DNA from: Aplysia californica
Lineage: Eukaryota
Direction: 5' to 3'
NCBI RefSeq assembly: GCF_000002075.1
Contig: NW_004797466.1
Span: 622,381-686,380, forward strand
DNA: 64,000 nucleotides
The notes under the pieces were generated by a model. It did no database searches, was not told the origin of the DNA, and saw nothing but the letters and a program-made list of their open reading frames with translations. A program made the position numbers and the translations under genes. This document shows positions 53,101-61,674 of the stretch, one piece after another. Position 1 is the first letter of the stretch, and each line of letters opens with the position of its first letter.

Positions 53101-56100
53101 TCAATGCATTAGGGTAAAATTGGAACATAATTCACCAGGCAACCACGCCATCATCCATACTTACAAAACAGATGGGACAAAAGTTGTCGCACAACAATGT
53201 CATAGTGTTAAAAGTGGAGTTTTAAAAAGAGGACCAAAATGACTTACCTTTTTTTTTACTCATTCTCTGTCTAAAAGCACACACACCTTTTTACAGGGAG
53301 ACATTGCCTCCATTCATGCTTTCAACATCAAACACTCACTACATTCTTTAAGTACATGTAAAATTGAAGTAAGAACATTCCATGGCAACAAAACAAAGAC
53401 TGCCACTAAAGTTAACTATGGATGAATGACACTAAAGTTAACTATGGATGAATGACACTAAAGTTAACTATGGATGAAGAAAATAACTCCTGCAAAATAA
53501 ATGTCACAATGGTTCCAAAGAAAAAGGCCAACAATTTTTTAAACACATTATCTTTCTCGTGGACTCAATATGTGACTTATTTTGTTAGGTCAAAAAGCAA
53601 AATGTTTAGGGAGAATGAAAAAAAACCTGTTTCAATTGTACCAGCATTATGCATCTATTCTTGTACGTTTTTTTCAACATTCAGAATCTGAATTTTGACA
53701 AACAATTTTCGAGCACATAAAATAGGAAACTGCAGTTTAATAAATTGTTCCAAATTCTGGACTTTTTGCACCTGAACAGCTGGCTGATGATATGTCTACG
53801 AAGTATGACAAACATATTGCTCAAGTCCTACTGCTATCAGACAAAGCAACAAGAGGCTTTAAAACGGCATCTGTGAGGCAACGTAAACTCTTCTCCTTGA
53901 AACTCAGAGGATGTAAGCTCGATTCAAAAGCTGACAAGATATTTCATTAAATGTCTTTGTCTTTCCAATGGGGTGCAGTATTACACACAGCGTAGGCTGA
54001 CACTGACAGTCGACCATTTGAAAGATCTAAATTGCACCAAAAGAAGCATAAAACATTAACAAGGAAAAAAAAAACTGTTATAAAAAATTGGCTCTTACAG
54101 TCTCTGCTTCCTCTCCTTCCTCGCCTTCCTGGCTAGGACCAGGTTTGGGTTCTTCTTCTTCTTTTTCTTCTTCTTTCTTTTCTGCTTCCTTCTGTTCCTC
54201 TGGCTCAGGTTCAAAGACTCGAGTGAAGAAGTCAAATGCTTCATCTGCACTGGGCATGAACGCCATCTGNNNNNNNNNNNNNNNNNNNNNNNNNNNNNNN
54301 NNNNNNNNNNNNNNNNNNNNNNNNNNNNNNNNNNNNNNNNNNNNNNNNNNNNNNNNNNNNNNNNNNNNNNNNNNNNNNNNNNNNNNNNNNNNNNNNNNNN
54401 NNNNNNNNNNNNNNNNNNNNNNNNNNNNNNNNNNNNNNNNNNNNNNNNNNNNNNNNNNNCACACTGGGCTGGTAACAAACAGAAGCTTACAACTAGCAGT
54501 ACCAAAACTTATAAATGAACTGACTCACCAAAGGAGTTTTGAAAAGTCCCATGAATATTTCATTGGAGATGATAATAGTTATGAAAGTAACAACTTAAAC
54601 TCAAATAGATAACACAGAACTTACAGCTTCTTGTTGCTTTGCTCTTTCAAGTCTCATTTTTCGCATTCTTTCCGTCCTCTCTTCTAGCTTTCTGACTTCC
54701 TCTTCATCCATCTGAGGAATTGACAGCAATAGATGGTTGATACAAGCGATGTAATGCAGAAAAAGTCAAATAAATCACATCAGAAAGAAGACTCTCAATA
54801 TTGCTGAGGATTTGACTGTGTTGGGGAGAGGTCCCACATAGTTTAATTTAAATATAAAAGATAAAAGTGTCACGACGCAGTGGAATCAGGCGCTCGTCAA
54901 GTTTTGGACAAATGGAGTTATTTGTATCATCTTAAAGGCTATTCACTTGCCTTGCTTTCGATGAATAAAATATCATTTATCTTGAGTAGAAGTCAAGATA
55001 TTTGCGATTGAAGGAGGTGGGGCCTCCTGGTTTCAGAAGTAAAATTAGAGAGAAAATGGCCACCAAAGTATGGTGATTTCCATAGCTTAAGAGTCCTTGA
55101 AAACTGCAAATTTACATTTTTTGTACCTTTAATCAATGAGCCAAAAAACAAAAAAAACAAAAAAAATTCCAGAATGGTAGAAAAATGCTGATTTCTCGGA
55201 TTTCATTACTTTGACTAGCGCCTGTTTTCACCACGATGCATCACAAATGGTTTATCTACAACCACACTCAAACATTGAGTAGTGGCAGGAACGTCTCAAA
55301 TTCTTCTATTGGAACTCATAAGCATTTAACACTGCAAACAAATTGACCATGTCCGAATTCAAAAGAATTATTTTGACTGAACAGGTAGATACGTACAAAT
55401 CATATTTGTAAATCAGTCTTATCATTCTTATTTAGTTTTAGTCTTAGTAATAGTTTTACAGCACTTGCAACACATGAAGGGTGAGTACATTCATAACATA
55501 TATCATCATCAATTATAAATGAATGTGGGGTTTTTTTTAGTTATCATAAGTCAGAAGGATGACACTCTCCTTATCATATCCTGCCTATTTACATTTTTCA
55601 TGCTAAGCTAGAGTTTGAGTTTTAAAAACAAAACACACTACAAATCCCTTTGTTTCAACTAATTTCTAACAGCTTTTCACTTGTCAAGGTGTTCCAAGTA
55701 AAATTTCATTTAAATGGATTGGAACAGGTCAAAGCAAAAGCAATTCAGGTTTCATGACATATTCTTATTATCTGGTAAGTTTAGCGTTATATAAGCTGTT
55801 TGCTCAGAATGAGCAAGGGTAAATTGTTGTGGATAACCAAATATAAACTCACTTCCATTACAGTAACATGAGCCACAAGGCAGACATATGTTTCAGAGAC
55901 AAGTTATGAACATGACTATGATAACCTTCAGAACAAACGATTCTTTTATCAAGATAACAGATAAAGTAGATCAAAAACATTTGAGCTTTTATTCATTTTT
56001 CGTCTGTTTTCTATGTGCAAAAATAAAATAATTCTTATCACTTCATTTAAAAGAACAGAAAAAGGACAGTTTGTTTTAGTAAGGTTTTACGGCGCTCGCA

Positions 56101-59100
56101 ACTGCATAAAGTCTTATGAGCACCAAGGGGTGGATGTCATCAGAGAAGTACAAATTGGGAATCAGGCTTACTCTGCTCACCTCTCTAGCCTCAAAAGCAC
56201 AAAGTCTGCTTCGACTATCAAGGCACCCCGGAAATAGCAGTTCACAAGAGAGTGACAAAGATACAAAAGAAGTAGAGGAAAAATTACAATAGTAAGGATG
56301 AGTAAAGAAAAAGCAGCAGATCCCCGTATGTTGTTTCGGCACGGTATGAGCACGGCATTGATAAACCAGCACAGAAAAAGGACAGCCATAAAAAAAAAAT
56401 CCAGTTTACTGTAAGATATTGTGCTCTTGTGTGACAGTGATAAAACTCCAAACTACAACTAGAAGCAATGTGAGTGCACAGTCAAGTTTTTGTGATCATC
56501 TTTTTACAATGTACAGTGCTATCTGTCATGTCTTCATGTCCTCATGCCACCCTCCCCCTCCTCCTAAACAATTCTCTCCTTTCCAAAAGAAAAGGTTACT
56601 GAGGACTAAGGAATTCAAAATAAAGGGCACTCAAAATCAGCAAGCCAAGTATCTTTACTATTAACCTTCTCTGCATGCACTTTTTGAGTTGCCAATAGTT
56701 AGAGAATACTTAAGAGACCTCCAAGGCCCCAAAATAAAGGGCACTCAAAATCAGCATGGCAAGTAACTTTACTATTAACCTTCTCTGCACTCTTTGAGTT
56801 GCCAATTGCCAGAGAATACACAAGAGATCTCCACCTGATTATGACTTGCTGAATGGCAATGACTGAAGAGTCCAGATGAGTTCATATTTGTTCTGATTCG
56901 TGTCAACCCAATATGATCATCTGAATTCAAACATATCCGTTTTTCTGAGTCAATCAGACCTCACTTTTGGTAACCGCTATTTAGAAAGTGCCTCACAGAC
57001 AAATGAAAGCTAAACTTTTAGGTCAACATTGAAAGGACTGCAGCTCAACCATTAACTCGAACTACCTCTTTTCCTTCATGCATCACTGTGTGTATGAAAT
57101 ATACTGCACTAAATCAGTCTACTCGAACTACCTCTTTTCGTTCACGCATCCATGTGCGTATGTCATAAACTGCACCAAATCAGTCTGGTTTACACAAATC
57201 AGAGAACTGCTTTAACAGGTTTGCATTAGCCAGTCTGTCTTCTCAAGCCGTCCAGTTCTCTTGATCAAACTACATTTGAACCTGCTATAACAACCAGAGT
57301 GCAAGATATTAACCAGTATAAAAAAAAGCACTTCATGCCCCTCCCCCCTCCTCCTGTGTTCTTTTTCATATTAAAATGACACTGTCCAAGAGGACCGCCT
57401 GTCCAAGATTACAACTTTTCTCCTCAACAATGGGTGGTCATCTTGAGCAGGTTCAACTGTAGTTAAAGAAGCACTACACAGCTTCCAACTTTTTACTCAA
57501 AAATTGATGGGCTCTATTTCTTTTTTTTTTTTAATTGGGGTGCCCTTCAACTGGCTGTATTCATCAGAGCATCAAAATAAAGGAAACCATCAGCTACAAT
57601 TCTCAAACACAGTCATTTCTTTTTGGTCTGTCTCTGACCATAATCAGGAAGGAAAAAAAGCATTTCTAGTAGTGATTTCTACTGCATCACTCTCCCCTTC
57701 TTTTTTTTATCACAGTATATATGTGGAAGAAAAAAAAATTAAGGGAGTATTTGTCTTGATAGTGGGCCTACATGAAACTGCTACTTAATCAACAATCATG
57801 TGCTGTAGATAACTTGGTGCAAGAAATAATGGTATTTCAATTGATACATCCGCCACACGTGAATTCTGAAAACTCGCAAGGATTGAATAAAAATACCGTT
57901 AAAAGGTGTGCATAAACATGATGTCTGCCAGACTACAATGGTGCATAGGTACTGAGCAGACCACTCTCTGTTTTAGTAAGCGTTGTGGTGGAACTTGCAA
58001 CACAATAGGACCATATAAGACAAGAGGTTTGACAAGAAAGTAACAAACACAAAAAAGGAGGGAAGACAAGGATGATACATGTTTTATAGGAAAGAAGGAG
58101 AAAACCACACCAGAGCACCCACCAACCACCTGCTGACCACTCTTCTCCCCAGCAATCACATTTACACAAAAGAGAAGAGTAAACAAACTCATAAATCAAC
58201 ACACACACACACACACACACGCACATGTAAACATGAATTGCAGTGAATTCTAGGGTGACTTTTGTTTCAGGCCTTATAAACTTGTTACCTCTCTTTCATG
58301 CTGAAAGTACACAAAAACAGAGCCATAAAGTTCTGGCATGACTGAAAATATGAAACAATAGACTGGGAACAAGAAAAGAGTAGAATACGTTTGATCTCTC
58401 AGGGACATGTATGTATCTGCAAGTAAATTTCTAGAAATAAAGAGCAGGAGACAAAGTGTTGGGTACTAATCAACGACTGGTGTGACTTATTCGAGTATTA
58501 AAAGGTAAGCATGAAATACACATCTGCCATCTGCCAACCTCTTTAAAAAAAAACCAAAAAAGAGTTTTACAGAACACCCAAAAACAAAAATTGCTTGCTG
58601 AGAAAAATAGAATCAGTTGGAACACCACCACCATGTGACAGGCCAAAGCAGATTCAGATCCCATAATGAACTGACAGTTGTTAAAAAAAAAGGAAAAAGC
58701 GATGACCATGTACAAAATTGACTGTAGCAAACACCTTCCCTCACCCCCCCCCCCCCCCCCCCCCTCTGTAAGAACAAAACAAAACCAGAACTTTCACAAA
58801 CAGAAACAAGAAAAGGAACTTGAAAATTATCCACTTGTTATGTTTTTAAAAAAATAATGATGACCCCACCAGGTGTATGGAGAAATGAAATTTATATCTA
58901 TGGGTGGCACAAAACATCAACCATACAAAAGCAGACTACAACCTGATTTATAACTGACAAACATCCAAAATGAAAGAATAACCCTGCAAAAATTGATGCG
59001 GCTCACCATGTCCTCAAATCTTGTCTCCTTCTTGCCCTTCAGAGTCCTCTTCCTCTCATCTCGCTCTTGTTTCTCAATTTCTGTCTCCGCCTCTTCCTAT

Positions 59101-61643
59101 TGCAAAATAAAAACCAGTCAATCAAAACTGATCTTAAAACAATTTGTTCTAAAATACTACAGGTATGTCAAAAACAGTTTCAAGACAGATCGCTAAAATC
59201 ATACCAGTTACGATAGACAATTTCAATTCTGTATAGTTATGAAGGATCAGTACTGAGCTCCCAGCCCTAACAGCTACTTTCTGTCTGTCACTTCATCTTA
59301 CCTCCTTCCTGTCTCTGTCTTTCCACTTTTGTATTTCCCATGTAAAATGTCCCAAAGAGCAGCGTAGAATTCCTTCTCAGAACATACCCACAAAAGAATG
59401 TGTTAAGAACAAATTAGGAATCATTTATCTTACTTTTAAAAAATTATCCACAAACAGTTATCATTGACAGGATTATATCTTAAAATAAACTAAAAAGGAC
59501 TTACATTTGAAAAAGTCCCATAATGTACAGCCTTAGCATGTCATTTGTAAAACTTACTTTTGCTTTGGCCAATCGACTTTTCATTCTTTCCCTGATAGTA
59601 GATCTCCGTCTGTCTGTAGGAGGCCTTTCCTCTTCAACATCTTCTTCTTCTGGAAAATAATGACACAAATACACCCCATCACTGTCACATAAAAACTCGT
59701 CAACATCTACAGCACAGCAGCCCTAAAGCACTATCTTTTTAATTCTTTTTCCATCCTCAGTTTAATAACAACATATGACTCATACTGCAAAAAAGGATTG
59801 TTGCTTCAGAAGTAAAAAGAAAATCAAGCCTAACAAGAGATGAAAAAAGAGAAGGCTGTCATGTGTTTTAGTTTTGCTGTTTGAATTACATGAATACATG
59901 GTCATAGTTCAGTGCACTAACTGTAATGTAACCAAGCATGGCAAATTGTTTGCAAAGTGGTGCAACAGCATAACAAACTCAATTCAACAATGAGAAAAAA
60001 CACACCAAACACATCAAACGCATTTTAAAAATTGTTGCTAATAAGCTTCATCAATGCAAAAGTAAACCACGAAAAACAAGGCATGGCCCAATTCTTGTCA
60101 CAAACACAGTGACAGTGTACACAAACTGAGGGAAAAATCTTTTTTCCTTTGACTCGAAATAAAAACAAATTCAATATTCTCCATACTTCCACTCAACAAT
60201 TTTTGATGCAGCTGGGAAAATCTGTGACCAATGTTGGAATATTTTCCACCTGATTGAAAAAAAAAATTATAGGAAAAAAGGTAATTTCCCTTAGATAAAC
60301 CAACCACATCAGAATGAGATCTTATTCAAGTTCAAGGCAATTGTGCTTCATTACCCAATTGGAGTTTGCTCCCAGACCTCTTTTCACAGCCTGTGCATTT
60401 CATCACCAATTTCCTATGACTTTTTCAAATAATACTCCACAGATAGTGTTTCTCACCCATATCTAGGAAAGTATTGAGAATGTTTCTTTTTTTTTCATGC
60501 TTTACCATTTCTGGAATGGTAATGCTGCAAACACTTAGTTCACTTGAAACTTTTCTCTCTCATTACCAACTCCCCATTGACAAACACTTATAGAAAGAAC
60601 TATCCAGCTCCACACATGAAATCTGTTTCATAAGGTCAACCATGTTGCAGAAATCTGTATGCTTAACGAATTTTTTAAACGTGTCATTTTTGTGAACCTC
60701 CAAAAATCCTTTTTTTTCCTCCATAGGTACTTCTCCTGTCCAGCTTCTGGACTCAGAAACAATTCACTTTGTTATGACTCTCTTAGCCACTTGTCACAGA
60801 TATTGAAATAATATAAATAGCAGACAGGTGTCAGCTTTGAAACAATGTACCAAGAGGAAGATTTTCCCGAGTCAAATACTACGGAAAAAACAAAAGTGAC
60901 AAAATACATTTCCTGAAAAGGAGAAGAAATGAAAAGAAGACAGGGAAGTACTTTTCAAAAGATTGATGTCAACAAACACTGACAAAATAGAGATACTGAC
61001 AGTAAGCAAAAAGAAATTCCTAACACACTGAAACAAACATGAAAAATAGAACAAAATAAGACTTAGCAACAAGTAAGCAGGTGGTTGGAGGGTGAAACTG
61101 ATGAGTCTTACTTCTTCTCATTCCTACAGTTGTTTCTATATGTATGTATTATTTTTTCATGTACTTAACGGCAATTATTGTGAAATTATGCTTCTCTCCT
61201 CTCAAACAAACAAACTTATTAAGTCAACCAACCCATTGTTTGACACACATGGGCATCGTAAAACATTTACAACAAGTTCACAGATTTACAACACTTTTCA
61301 TGTACTCACTGCTCACAGTACGCTCCAGTGCTGTCGGGGGCTCCTCTTCCTCCTTTGAGGGTTCTGGCGTCTTCGGAGGAGACAACGGTGCTGGAGGTGA
61401 GGCAGCCACTTCATCTTCCACTTTTTCTTCCATCTCTCTCTCTTCTCCTGGCGGCGACTCCACAATGCCCTCCTCCTCCCTAACCACTGGGGCTTCAGCA
61501 GCTGCCGCGCCTGTAATATGAATTGGGAGACAGCACATTAAAAAGAATACTAATGACAATTTATATATAGTGCCCATCCTTGTATATGCAGTACACTGAC
61601 AGAATTATCACTCAACCAACAAACCATAGGACAGAAAACATGT

Positions 61644-61674
<31 letters not shown>

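Noticed and set aside
61112-61123. Second 12-nt microexon candidate (tag|GAATGAGAAGAA|gtaaga)
   Set aside because: Frame-compatible, but the upstream sequence is purine-rich with no polypyrimidine tract.
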